Of a DNA stretch of 64,000 bases, positions 38,606 through 46,874 are shown one piece after another. The position numbers and the translations under genes were made by a program. Every line of letters begins with the position of its first letter. Within the stretch, counting starts at the first letter, position 1. Under the pieces are notes generated by a model, which saw only the letters and a list, made by a program, of their open reading frames with translations, was not told where the DNA came from and did not search any database. The stretch is taken from NCBI GenBank assembly GCA_030690305.1, contig JAUYHB010000024.1:260-64259 (forward strand). Direction: 5' to 3'. The DNA is from a bacterium. Its GTDB lineage: Bacteria > Patescibacteriota > Minisyncoccia > Phycocordibacterales > JAGLPS01.

Positions 38606-39511
38606 CTAATCGAAAAGGTTGATGAGATATTTATCTATTTCGCGCTGGTCGAGGTCGTAAAAATATTTATTTTCATCATGAAGTTTCGTCGCAAGTGTTA
38701 CACCCACAAACCGCCAGTGCCACGGTTCAAATTGGTAATACAAATTATTTTCGGAGTATGAAAGTACGAAACCGTATTTGTAAGCGTTTTGGGTCAGCCA
38801 TATATATGCGGCAGTATTTTTGAACGTATTAAAACTTGCCCCTAAATCAGGAGTTGTGAAATCAACCGTTGTTCCAAGTTGATGCTCCGAATATCCTTGG
38901 TCGGCGGAAAACTGATTCGCTCCGGACCCGTACGTCACTTTGTAATTAGACTTAAGAGAAGATTGTTCCGCAAAAGACCGATATCCCGAAATGATTTGAA
39001 GCGGGACGGAGTTTGCTTTGGCATCATTTAAAAGTTTCGCAAGATAGAGCCATACGCTTGTCTGAATTGAAATCGTTTTTCCGTTGCGATACGCGTATTC
39101 CGAATTCGTAATGTCAGTGAGGGTAGCGGGGATATAGTTTTCGTTAAGAAAGTAAACTTTTGAATATTTTTTTAGAAGTTCCGGGTCGGTCATGCTCAGC
39201 TTTTGAAGTGTGCCGACAGTACCCGTAATACTTTTAAGCTGAAAATCGAAGTAGTCGTTTTTCCCCTGCTCGACCCTAAGCGCTTCAGCCAAGTTCGTAT
39301 TTTCATTTTGCGCTTGGGCAAAACTCTCCTGCAGTTCGGAAATTTGTGCTTTAAATGCGGCGGTATCCGAAACCAGCTGGCTTTTTGTAGCCGTTAGTTG
39401 TTTTGCCATTGAAAAATAGACGTATACGCTTCCTCCAAGCAAGATAAGCAGAATTGCGACAGTGGCCTGAAGTGGTGTAAAAGGTTTGGATTGGAAGAAG
39501 ACGGCTTTCAT
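38606..39511 (-). CDS. M15B D-Ala-D-Ala carboxypeptidase (VanY-like)
   Basis: SGYRS, SEHQLGTTVD and EPWHWRF motifs. Confidence 0.9.
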   Translation of the reverse strand: MKAVFFQSKPFTPLQATVAILLILLGGSVYVYFSMAKQLTATKSQLVSDTAAFKAQISELQESFAQAQNENTNLAEALRVEQGKNDYFDFQLKSITGTVGTLQKLSMTDPELLKKYSKVYFLNENYIPATLTDITNSEYAYRNGKTISIQTSVWLYLAKLLNDAKANSVPLQIISGYRSFAEQSSLKSNYKVTYGSGANQFSADQGYSEHQLGTTVDFTTPDLGASFNTFKNTAAYIWLTQNAYKYGFVLSYSENNLYYQFEPWHWRFVGVTLATKLHDENKYFYDLDQREIDKYLINLFD

Positions 39512-39580
39512 AGGAAAAAATTGTACCACAACAAAAACCCGTCCGCTTGAAGCGGACGGGTTTGTTAAAAATCTTTCAAA

Positions 39581-39661
39581 TTATCCTTCACAATCACATT
39601 CGGAGCATTTCTCCCCCGCTTTGTGCTCGTGTTCGCACATTGCACATTTTACTTCTTCCAT
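39581..39661 (-). CDS. 26-aa Cys/His-rich micro-protein (metallothionein-like)
   Basis: MEEVKCAMCEHEHKAGEKCSECDCEG*, followed by a terminator hairpin at 39533-39566. Confidence 0.6.
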   Translation of the reverse strand: MEEVKCAMCEHEHKAGEKCSECDCEG

Positions 39662-39796
39662 TGCGTTAAGTCTTAATGCCTTGTAAATCGACTTTCTCCC
39701 CTATTTTATCATGTCTTTAAAAACAGCAAAATATAAATAAAAAAAAGCCCGTCAAATTTTATTTTGAACGGACTTTTCAGTTTCTCAGAGAAGCAA

Positions 39797-40069
39797 TTAC
39801 GAATCAAAAACAGCGGGAGACGCGAGAGCACCTAAAGTTTCCTGGTCTTCAAGAGGATTAAAAATGCGGTCATCCTCCTTTCGAATATCTTTTTTGTAGG
39901 ACTCGAGATGTTCTTGGTATCCTTGTATGGAGGCGGAACATTCCGCCTTATGAAACACTCTCCACCACGAAAGCGACATTCTGTATTTTTCTAGCACATC
40001 AATACGCTTTTCGATTTCCCGTACCACGGCTTGGTCCAAAGTTACATGTTCCGAAGTTGTTTTTTGCAT
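39797..40069 (-). CDS. Hypothetical protein (cassette type)
   Basis: TTGACT-17-TATCTT promoter, SD GGAGGT, downstream hairpin. Confidence 0.65.
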   Translation of the reverse strand: MQKTTSEHVTLDQAVVREIEKRIDVLEKYRMSLSWWRVFHKAECSASIQGYQEHLESYKKDIRKEDDRIFNPLEDQETLGALASPAVFDS

Positions 40070-40186
40070 CGGACACCTCCCAAAAAAATGGTTAAGAACA
40101 GCAACAATTCCTCAATTTCTAGTAAGAAAGATAGCACAAAAAAACTGAGAAGTCAAGCATCCTCCGAAAGGCTGCGAGGAGAAACT

Positions 40187-40312
40187 TTATTTTGATTTTT
40201 TGCGGGAAGCTCTTTCCGCAAGCATCAGTCTCTTTATCGCAAGACGCTTCTTTGTCTTGGGGGAATGTTTTGATTTTCTTTTCGGACTAAGGAATCCGCC
40301 TCTTTTTGCCAT
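40187..40312 (-). CDS. 41-aa highly basic micro-protein
   Basis: MAKRGGFLSPKRKSKHSPKTKKRLAIKRLMLAERASRKKSK*; TAGAAT -10 upstream; hairpin downstream. Confidence 0.6.
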   Translation of the reverse strand: MAKRGGFLSPKRKSKHSPKTKKRLAIKRLMLAERASRKKSK

Positions 40313-40504
40313 ATAAATAAGTAGTTAATGAATAGTCGACTAATTCTACACCGATAAGAAAATTAAACAACCTTGAATATTCCTCCCCTTCTGGTATGAA
40401 GTGAGAACTACATTAAGAGATTTAAAATGTAAAAATTAAATTGTATATAAAAGAAAACCACCTGCAAATTTAAGGTGATTTCCTTACATTCGAGGTGGTT
40501 TAGG

Positions 40505-40672
40505 CTAGAACGCAAAACTTAATGTGCAAAGTCTGAGACCGCGGCGAGCAAGCGCTCGGTCAACAATGCCACAAATTCTTGTTTGTACACTTTTTTTCTT
40601 GAGTTGTTCACTTGTTAAAACACGTGAACATCTTTGAAGAACTTTTTTCAGAACACCATTCACCTGATTCAT
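40505..40672 (-). CDS. 55-aa hypothetical protein
   Basis: TTGACA-17-TACAAT promoter, GGAG SD; reads MNQVNGVLKKVLQRC...LSFAF*. Confidence 0.5.
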   Translation of the reverse strand: MNQVNGVLKKVLQRCSRVLTSEQLKKKSVQTRICGIVDRALARRGLRLCTLSFAF

Positions 40673-40760
40673 GGCTGCATCTCCAGTAAAGGGTTAGGGT
40701 TTCTGGTTCAACCAGTCTAAGCCTTATTGTACACCGTAATACAATATTTGTCAATATCTA

Positions 40761-41124
40761 GCTCCCCCGGGAGGATTCGGTCACAGGTTCTTGCTTCGCA
40801 GACCTGCGACCCCGACTCGGCGCTTCATCCTGCCCCGCAGGCGCGCCTCCGTCTTTCGAACCCCCTAACCGTGGAAGTTGGAAATACAAAAACGCCCGTG
40901 AAGGGCGTCTTGATTTTCAAAGCTCCCCCGGGAGGATTCGGCTACACGTCTTATCTCGCCGTCGCTCGGTAAACTCGCAGCCCGCCCCTCGCGGTTTTGT
41001 CTGCTGACAAAACATCGCTGCGGTCTTCGAATCCTCACGAACGCACAACAATGTGCGTTCTCCGTTTGGAAAACCTAAACGATAAAAAAGACCCTGCGTG
41101 GAGCAAGGTCTTTTTTATTCGTTG
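40761..41124 (-). repeat. Two tandem structured units, each ending in a 19-bp copy of the tRNA-Asn 3' end
   Basis: GCTCCCCCGGGAGGATTCG (plus strand) at 40761, 40922 and 41125, the last inside the tRNA. Confidence 0.9.
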
Positions 41125-41197
41125 GCTCCCCCGGGAGGATTCGAACCTCCGACCAATCGATTAACAGTCGATTGCTCTACCGCTGAGCTACAGGGGA
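41123..41197 (-). tRNA. tRNA-Asn(GTT)
   Basis: Minus strand TCCCCTGTAGCTCAGCGGTAGAGCAATCGACTGTTAATCGATTGGTCGGAGGTTCGAATCCTCCCGGGGGAGCCA. Confidence 0.96.
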
Positions 41198-41288
41198 ATG
41201 TAGTTATATTATTCCGCTCTGTTCTATGATTGCAAATTTTTATTCTTAGCAATCTCCTTACAGTGCGATCTCCTTACAGGAGCTGCAC

Positions 41289-41388
41289 ACCCTTTGAGAT
41301 ATTTTACTTCGTTCCTCATAAAATATCTCAAAGGGTCTTGCGAAGCTCCAAGTCTTCACTTCTCACTCCACCGCCAAGCTACAGGGGA
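41289..41388 (-). repeat. Duplicated tRNA-Asn 5' fragment fused to a repeat module and an 18-bp perfect hairpin
   Basis: 41366-41388 matches tRNA 41175-41197 at 20/23; 41334-41368 matches 46155-46189 (inverted) at 34/35. Confidence 0.85.
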
Positions 41389-41429
41389 ATAATAAAGACT
41401 ATACTAGCAAAAAATCGCTATCCTGCAAT

Positions 41430-42191
41430 CTACTCTCTTATTCTCCAGCCCTTGGCAAAAAGACGTTCTACAAGCACGGAAAGACCGATAATCAGAAAAA
41501 GGGTCATGAGCATGCCGAACGTCTGATTGGCTTCGCTGATACCAACCATTGAAAACCGGATACCATCCGCAAAATAGAAAAACGGATTCCATAAAGCAAT
41601 AACGTGCAAATTTTGCGGAAGCATTGAGATTGAGTAGAAAACACCTCCGAGAAAAGAAAGGGGCGTGATAATGAATGTGTTCCATACGCTTAACTGTTCG
41701 AATCCGCCCGCCTGAAGACCAGCAAGAATTCCCAATAGCGAGAAAATTGCAGACACACCGATAAGGTAGAAAAGGAAAAAGCCAAAATGTTCCATCTGTG
41801 CCACACCAAACAAAACGGCAATGAAAAGCACCCCCACACCAACCAAAATGCCGCGAACGACTCCGCTTAAAGTAAACCCAATTACCATTTCAAGATGGGA
41901 AAGAGGAGCAACAAGTATTTCTTGGATATTGCGCGTCCAACGGCCGAAATAAACTGCGGAAGAAGTGCTTCCAAAAGCGGCCGCGACAACATTCATCATC
42001 AGAATCCCCGGCAACACAAAGGAAATGTAAGAAACACCGCCGATAAGGTCTATCTTCCCGCCAACTATCGAACCGAAAATGAAAATGTAGAGGAAGGCGG
42101 AAATCAGAGGGGTAACAATCGTTTGTGTGATGACCCTAAACGTTCGCTCAACCTCTCTGCGTATCAATGTGTAAAATCCTACCCAGTTCAT
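41430..42191 (-). CDS. ABC-2 type transporter permease (YadH-like)
   Basis: SFVLPGILMM, EILVAPLS, LGGVFYS and NPFFY motifs. Confidence 0.9.
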   Translation of the reverse strand: MNWVGFYTLIRREVERTFRVITQTIVTPLISAFLYIFIFGSIVGGKIDLIGGVSYISFVLPGILMMNVVAAAFGSTSSAVYFGRWTRNIQEILVAPLSHLEMVIGFTLSGVVRGILVGVGVLFIAVLFGVAQMEHFGFFLFYLIGVSAIFSLLGILAGLQAGGFEQLSVWNTFIITPLSFLGGVFYSISMLPQNLHVIALWNPFFYFADGIRFSMVGISEANQTFGMLMTLFLIIGLSVLVERLFAKGWRIRE

Positions 42192-42345
42192 CCCGTTAGA
42201 AATTTATTTATAAAGATATCCTGCGCAGTGCGTCTGCCGAATAGGCAGTTCCCGTTATGAGCGAAGCGCTGCGCCGACAAGAAGGACGTGGCTATTTGCC
42301 ACTCGCGCTTCGCGTGGTTATGTAAAGATAAATTTCGTACGGGAC
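42192..42345. mobile_element. MITE-like insertion with terminal inverted repeats
   Basis: CCCGTTAGAAATTTA...TAAATTTCGTACGGG, flanked by TCAT at 42188 and 42346. Confidence 0.65.
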
Positions 42346-43080
42346 TCATGATGTTTTGGGTTTTTCTTCTTTGGTTAACTCTAAAAATCGCTCCTCGAGT
42401 TTTTTGCCCCCTTCAAGGAATACTTCCTTTTTATCAAGTGCGATAATTTTCCCTTTGTGAATAATGGCAATGCGGTCGCACAGCCGCTCAACTTCTTCAA
42501 GATAGTGCGAGGTAAGAAGGATGGTTTTTCCTTTTTTGTTCAAATCTTGGAGGTACTCCCACAAGTCATGTCTCATTTCGACATCAACACCCGCAGTCGG
42601 TTCGTCGAGAATCAAAACTTCAGGGTCATGCATCAAGGCTCGTGCGAGCATCACACGACGCTTAAGCCCGCCGGAAAGCCATTGAAATGGTTTAGTGGCA
42701 TGCGGAAGAAGATCAAATTGAACCAAAAGTTCATTGATGCGTTTTTTCCGTTCCGCGCTCCTCATGCCATAATATCCCCCCATATAATCGAGAATCTTTC
42801 GGGTAGTCGAAAAAATATCAACATTGAATTCCTGGGGAGACAGTCCCACTTTTTTTCGCGCCTCGCGGTAGTTGTTTTTTACATCAGCTCCACCGACAAG
42901 AATTGAGCCCTCGGCATACGTTGCGATTCCCGTAATACAATGGATTGTTGTCGTTTTCCCCGCTCCGTTCACTCCCAAAAATCCGAAAAACTCTCCTTTC
43001 TCTATACGAAAAGAAATGTCGTCGACAGCGACGGCATTTTTATATTTCTTTTTCAGATGTGTAATTTCTAGCGCACTCAC
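42346..43080 (-). CDS. ABC transporter ATP-binding protein (YadG-like)
   Basis: GVNGAGKTT, LSGG, LILDEPT and SHY motifs. Confidence 0.92.
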   Translation of the reverse strand: MSALEITHLKKKYKNAVAVDDISFRIEKGEFFGFLGVNGAGKTTTIHCITGIATYAEGSILVGGADVKNNYREARKKVGLSPQEFNVDIFSTTRKILDYMGGYYGMRSAERKKRINELLVQFDLLPHATKPFQWLSGGLKRRVMLARALMHDPEVLILDEPTAGVDVEMRHDLWEYLQDLNKKGKTILLTSHYLEEVERLCDRIAIIHKGKIIALDKKEVFLEGGKKLEERFLELTKEEKPKTS

Positions 43081-43157
43081 GGCTCCCCATTATAACAAAT
43101 AAAATCTTTTGGCAAAATTCCCAATGCACTTCTGTGTAACGTAGTATAATTGGGCAT

Positions 43158-43652
43158 ATGCATCTTTCTCGCGCTTCCTTCCTTTCATATATGCGCAATT
43201 TTATTTTTGGCGCGGAAGACAGTCTTGTGTCTACGGTGGGTTTGCTTGCAGGTATTGCCGCGGCAGGAACTGAAAAACGAGAGATTGTCATTGCCGGTCT
43301 TGTCCTGATTACCGTGGAAGCCTTTTCCATGGGCATTGGGAGCTACCTTTCGGAACGCAGCCTCAGCGATTCCGAGAGCAAAGACGGGGAAAGAAAAACC
43401 ATTGTGGGAGCCCTGATTATGCTTCTTTCTTATGCCCTGGCCGGCTTTATTCCCCTTTCCCCATATTTGTTTCTTCCAATAGATATTGCCTCGAATACAT
43501 CCATCGGAGCCACTTTGGCGTCTTTGTTCCTGCTCGGAATAATCAGCGCGCGAGCGTTAAAAACAAATGTGCTGAAAAATGCTTTTCGTCTATTGTTTTT
43601 TGGCGGAATTGCTTCCCTGTTGGGAATCGCCGTCGGTATTGCGCTTAAATAG
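43158..43652 (+). CDS. VIT1/CCC1 family transporter
   Basis: IFGAEDSLVST, EAFSMGIGSYLSE and GFIPLSPY motifs. Confidence 0.85.
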   Translation: MHLSRASFLSYMRNFIFGAEDSLVSTVGLLAGIAAAGTEKREIVIAGLVLITVEAFSMGIGSYLSERSLSDSESKDGERKTIVGALIMLLSYALAGFIPLSPYLFLPIDIASNTSIGATLASLFLLGIISARALKTNVLKNAFRLLFFGGIASLLGIAVGIALK

Positions 43653-43688
43653 AAGCGCGGTACTATAACAAATAGAAAGGAGGTGCGT

Positions 43689-43985
43689 ATGGACGAAAAC
43701 GACCATTTGTCTCTGGAGATGCAAGGTGGTAGTGGATTCGTCAAAGAGCAGAGATGGAGACGGACATTGTGTGGTGCAGTGCTCCTTGAACTTCCTGAAC
43801 ATTTGAAAAAGGCTTTTTTCAGGTATGAAAAATCATTTCCGAAAAAGTCTTTGCGTACATCGGGACTCATTACACCCAAGAGCCGCTGTTGCGGTGCGAG
43901 ACTCCACTTAAGCAAGGGAGGAATCCGCAAAGAAATCTGCAACAAGTGTGGAAAACCGAATCCACCACCTGTCCGTTATTGCTAA
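43689..43985 (+). CDS. Hypothetical protein with C-terminal Zn-ribbon-like motif (cassette type)
   Basis: SD AAAGGAGGT; SRCCGA...CNKCGK; terminator 43985-44020. Confidence 0.6.
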   Translation: MDENDHLSLEMQGGSGFVKEQRWRRTLCGAVLLELPEHLKKAFFRYEKSFPKKSLRTSGLITPKSRCCGARLHLSKGGIRKEICNKCGKPNPPPVRYC

Positions 43986-44105
43986 AGACCGCTATCAACC
44001 CTATGTAGCGGTCTTTTTTTAGGGGTTGCCTAAATTTATTGACACGGTATAATGGGTGCTTGGTTGAACATTATCAGTCGTAATTTTGTTTTTGACTGAA
44101 GTAAT

Positions 44106-44213
44106 ATGGACGAAATGAACAACTCCATGGAAAACATGGACGAGCAGAAGAAGCCGGAAGAAACAACTGAAGGCACAGAAGAAAGCACAGAAACTTCTTC
44201 TGAAGAAGAATAG
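44106..44213 (+). CDS. 35-aa acidic micro-protein
   Basis: MDEMNNSMENMDEQKKPEETTEGTEESTETSSEEE*; TATAAT upstream; terminator 44224-44254. Confidence 0.55.
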   Translation: MDEMNNSMENMDEQKKPEETTEGTEESTETSSEEE

Positions 44214-44264
44214 ACAGAAATCGAAAACCCCTCCGCCTTAAGCGGAGGGGTTTTGTTTTAGAGT

Positions 44265-45236
44265 CTAAAGTTTCCCTATAATGGCCGCTATTTTATGAGA
44301 ATCGTGACGTAGGACGGATGTGTCGTCATAAATATCGTCTATCACTATTTTCCCCCCGTATTGCGAAAGCGCGCCATCTATAATAACCGGATATTTCTTT
44401 TCCGCTTCGTAACCCTTTAACAGGGGCGAGGGCACAACTTTCGAGTTCCCGACAATAACATCAAAATGTTTCATCCCAAGATACAACAGTACTTCGCGGG
44501 CGAAGTCGGATGCGCAAAATCCGTGAGTTTCGCCCCACTTTGTCATCAAATTAAGTATATAAACTTTTTTTGCGCGACTTTCCCGAATCGCTTCCGAAAC
44601 CCCTTTTACCAGAAGATTCGGAATTATCGATGTATATAAATCTCCTGGACCGATAATAATCATATCCGCCTGCGTAATGGCTTCCCGGGTTTTTTCGTAC
44701 ACATGTGCTTCGGGCTTAAGAAAAACTTTCTCTATGCGTTTTGAGCCGTCATGTTTGGGAATATCGATGTTGGTTTCTCCCTCAATTATGCTCCCATCTT
44801 CAAGTTCCGCGCATAACTGCGATTTGTGCACGCTTACGGGCAAGACGGTGCCTTTAATATTGAGAAGCTTCCCCGCTTCCGCTATCGCCTCCGCATCGTC
44901 AGACTTGATGTGTGCAAGAGCCGTTAAAAATAAATTGCCGAAATTGTGCCCGTGAAGGGTGCTCCCCGGATTATTGAAACGAAAATTAAAAAGACTTCGC
45001 AGTGTTTCTTCCCGCTCCCCTCCCGACAAAGCGACGAGACACCGGCGCGCATCGCCCGGCGGTAAAACTCCGAATTCGTCTCGGAGAATTCCGCTTGAAC
45101 CACCCGAATCAAACATCGTGACCACGGCGGTGATGTCAAACGGATATTCCTTCAGACCACGGAGCATAACAAAGCTTCCGGTGCCGCCCCCGATGACGAC
45201 TACTTTCTTTTTCCTTGTCGGGCTAAGAAAGCGCAT
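44265..45236 (-). CDS. YvcK/GlmR family (gluconeogenesis factor)
   Basis: GGGTG, DSGGSSG, PPGD and GPGDLYTSIIPNL motifs. Confidence 0.9.
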   Translation of the reverse strand: MRFLSPTRKKKVVVIGGGTGSFVMLRGLKEYPFDITAVVTMFDSGGSSGILRDEFGVLPPGDARRCLVALSGGEREETLRSLFNFRFNNPGSTLHGHNFGNLFLTALAHIKSDDAEAIAEAGKLLNIKGTVLPVSVHKSQLCAELEDGSIIEGETNIDIPKHDGSKRIEKVFLKPEAHVYEKTREAITQADMIIIGPGDLYTSIIPNLLVKGVSEAIRESRAKKVYILNLMTKWGETHGFCASDFAREVLLYLGMKHFDVIVGNSKVVPSPLLKGYEAEKKYPVIIDGALSQYGGKIVIDDIYDDTSVLRHDSHKIAAIIGKL

Positions 45237-45241
45237 ACGTT

Positions 45242-46093
45242 TTACTCGGACGGTTTCTTATGAAGTATGAGAGAGGCTATTTCGTCAAACCGCCGTGGCA
45301 GTGTTTCTCGAAAGAAAATTTCTCTTTCGGAAGGTTCGTAGGCCCCGACTTCCTGCCACAAGGCGCGCCCGGCAAGAAATCCCTTTGCTCCGGCTTCAAC
45401 GGCCGTCTGGAGTTGCTCTTTGAAAGCGTCGAAAGATACTCCGCGGGTCAGAAGAATCCACGGGACATTGCCTGCTTTTGTGTTCATTTCCTTACATACA
45501 TACGGGTCACCTTCGGGGAATTCAAGTTTCCACACGTCGGGAATAATATCCTTTGCAATAAGCGCATCCATGGAAGAAAGAATCAGTTCTCCGCGCGATT
45601 TCGGGGCCCCTTCCACTTCGTATGTCACGATCTCAAGGAACAAAGGCATTTGTGCGGAGTGAGCGTCGGCGAGCACTTCTTTGGCCGTTTGAAGTTGCTT
45701 TTCCGCTGATTTGGAAAACGGGTTGAAGTAAAGAAGCAGTTTGACTCCCTGCGCTCCTTTTTCTTTTAAATCTTTAGCTGTGTAGATAATTTTCGTGTAT
45801 CGTTCGTCGGTTCCTCCTTCGTAGCTGGATTCCTCAACACGCAAAAGATAGGGCGGCTGATGAAGAGTTTTCTTTGTCGCTCCCTCGTATGCGGGCAAAC
45901 CATATTCCGAATCAATGAGAACCCCGCTCATCCGGGAAAGCAAAGAAGCGATAATACCCCGTTTGAGTTCAATGATATCCGAAGGGTACACCCCTGCGGG
46001 ATTGCGCGGATTGATAATTTTCCTGAAACTGTCTTCGTGGTCAAGAGCAAGCATCAAAAACGCACCTCTTTTCGTAAATATATCGGCGTTCAT
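45242..46093 (-). CDS. Class I aldolase, tagatose-bisphosphate aldolase (LacD)-like
   Basis: MLALDH, VKLLLYF, DVWKLEFP and GFLAGRALW motifs. Confidence 0.8.
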   Translation of the reverse strand: MNADIFTKRGAFLMLALDHEDSFRKIINPRNPAGVYPSDIIELKRGIIASLLSRMSGVLIDSEYGLPAYEGATKKTLHQPPYLLRVEESSYEGGTDERYTKIIYTAKDLKEKGAQGVKLLLYFNPFSKSAEKQLQTAKEVLADAHSAQMPLFLEIVTYEVEGAPKSRGELILSSMDALIAKDIIPDVWKLEFPEGDPYVCKEMNTKAGNVPWILLTRGVSFDAFKEQLQTAVEAGAKGFLAGRALWQEVGAYEPSEREIFFRETLPRRFDEIASLILHKKPSE

Positions 46094-46154
46094 AAAAATT
46101 GTTTGTTTAAGTACAGAAAATTATATCACAGGGAAACCGTAAAAAAGAAAAAGA

Positions 46155-46257
46155 GAGTGAGAAGCGAAGACTTGGAGCTTCGCAAGACCGGAGGAGCGCT
46201 TCCGCTCCGAGGTGGGGTCGCGAAATTTTCTAGTAAGAAAATATTCGTGACAGGATA
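46155..46257 (+). repeat. Solo structured element joining modules seen at the tRNA-Asn locus and in family B
   Basis: Shares 35 nt with 41334-41368, the core with 40780-40856, and the hairpin with 12795-12819. Confidence 0.8.
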
Positions 46258-46290
46258 AAAACCAGAGCAAAAAGCCCCTTCAGGGGGCTT

Positions 46291-46461
46291 TTACTTTTTC
46301 TCTTTGTACACCGTATGCTTCCGGGCTATTGGGTTGTATTTTTTAATTGAAAGTTTCGCCGGAGTATTTTTTTTGTTTTTGGACGTAAAATACACATGGC
46401 CCTTACCTACGCCTTTTGCGTCCCCTTCCGAAACGATTCTTATGAGTTTATCTTGAGACAT
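46291..46461 (-). CDS. rpmG: 50S ribosomal protein L33, Cys-free type; absent from the ORF track
   Basis: [56 protein letters not shown]. Confidence 0.9.
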   Translation of the reverse strand: MSQDKLIRIVSEGDAKGVGKGHVYFTSKNKKNTPAKLSIKKYNPIARKHTVYKEKK

Positions 46462-46603
46462 AACGAGAAAAAGTATAACAGAAAAAAAAGAAAGCGCAAT
46501 GTCCGTGAATGAGGGTCATTGCGTCTTCCGGGAACATGCTATCATGAAATGCATAAGACCTTTTCGGGGTCGAATTTTATATAACTCCTTTACAAACCAA
46601 ACA

Positions 46604-46801
46604 ATGAATAAAATTGCATGGTGGCTTGTCATCATCGGGGCTCTTAACTGGGGACTCGTAGGGATAGGCGAACTCGTCGGAGGAAATTGGAACATGGTCA
46701 ATTTGCTTCTCGGAAGCATTTCTTCACTTGAAGCCATAGTATACGTGCTCGTTGGCGCTTCGGCAGTCGTTCTCCTCCTTGATAAGAAGAAAATGATGTA
46801 G
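46604..46801 (+). CDS. DUF378 family membrane protein
   Basis: LVIIGALNWGLVG...IVYVLVGASA. Confidence 0.9.
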   Translation: MNKIAWWLVIIGALNWGLVGIGELVGGNWNMVNLLLGSISSLEAIVYVLVGASAVVLLLDKKKMM

Positions 46802-46840
46802 TGTCTATTTAGGCATTTACAGCAAGAAAACAAATAATAA

Positions 46841-46871
46841 AAATACCGTCAGCCCAAGGCTGACGGTATTT
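46841..46871. terminator. Bidirectional terminator, GTCAGCC family
   Basis: AAATACCGTCAGCC-caa-GGCTGACGGTATTT. Confidence 0.75.
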
Positions 46872-46874
46872 TTA

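Noticed and set aside
40113-40132. AATTTCTAGTAAGAAAGAT resembling the family-B hairpin
   Set aside because: Short AT-rich match overlapping a promoter, without the flanking stems; may be chance.
40727-40972. 81-aa plus-strand ORF
   Set aside because: Antisense read-through of tRNA fragments and structured repeats; no start signals.
40761-41143. 19-bp direct repeats as a CRISPR array
   Set aside because: The repeat is a tRNA 3' end, the spacers are 142 and 184 bp and structurally related to each other, and no cas genes are present.
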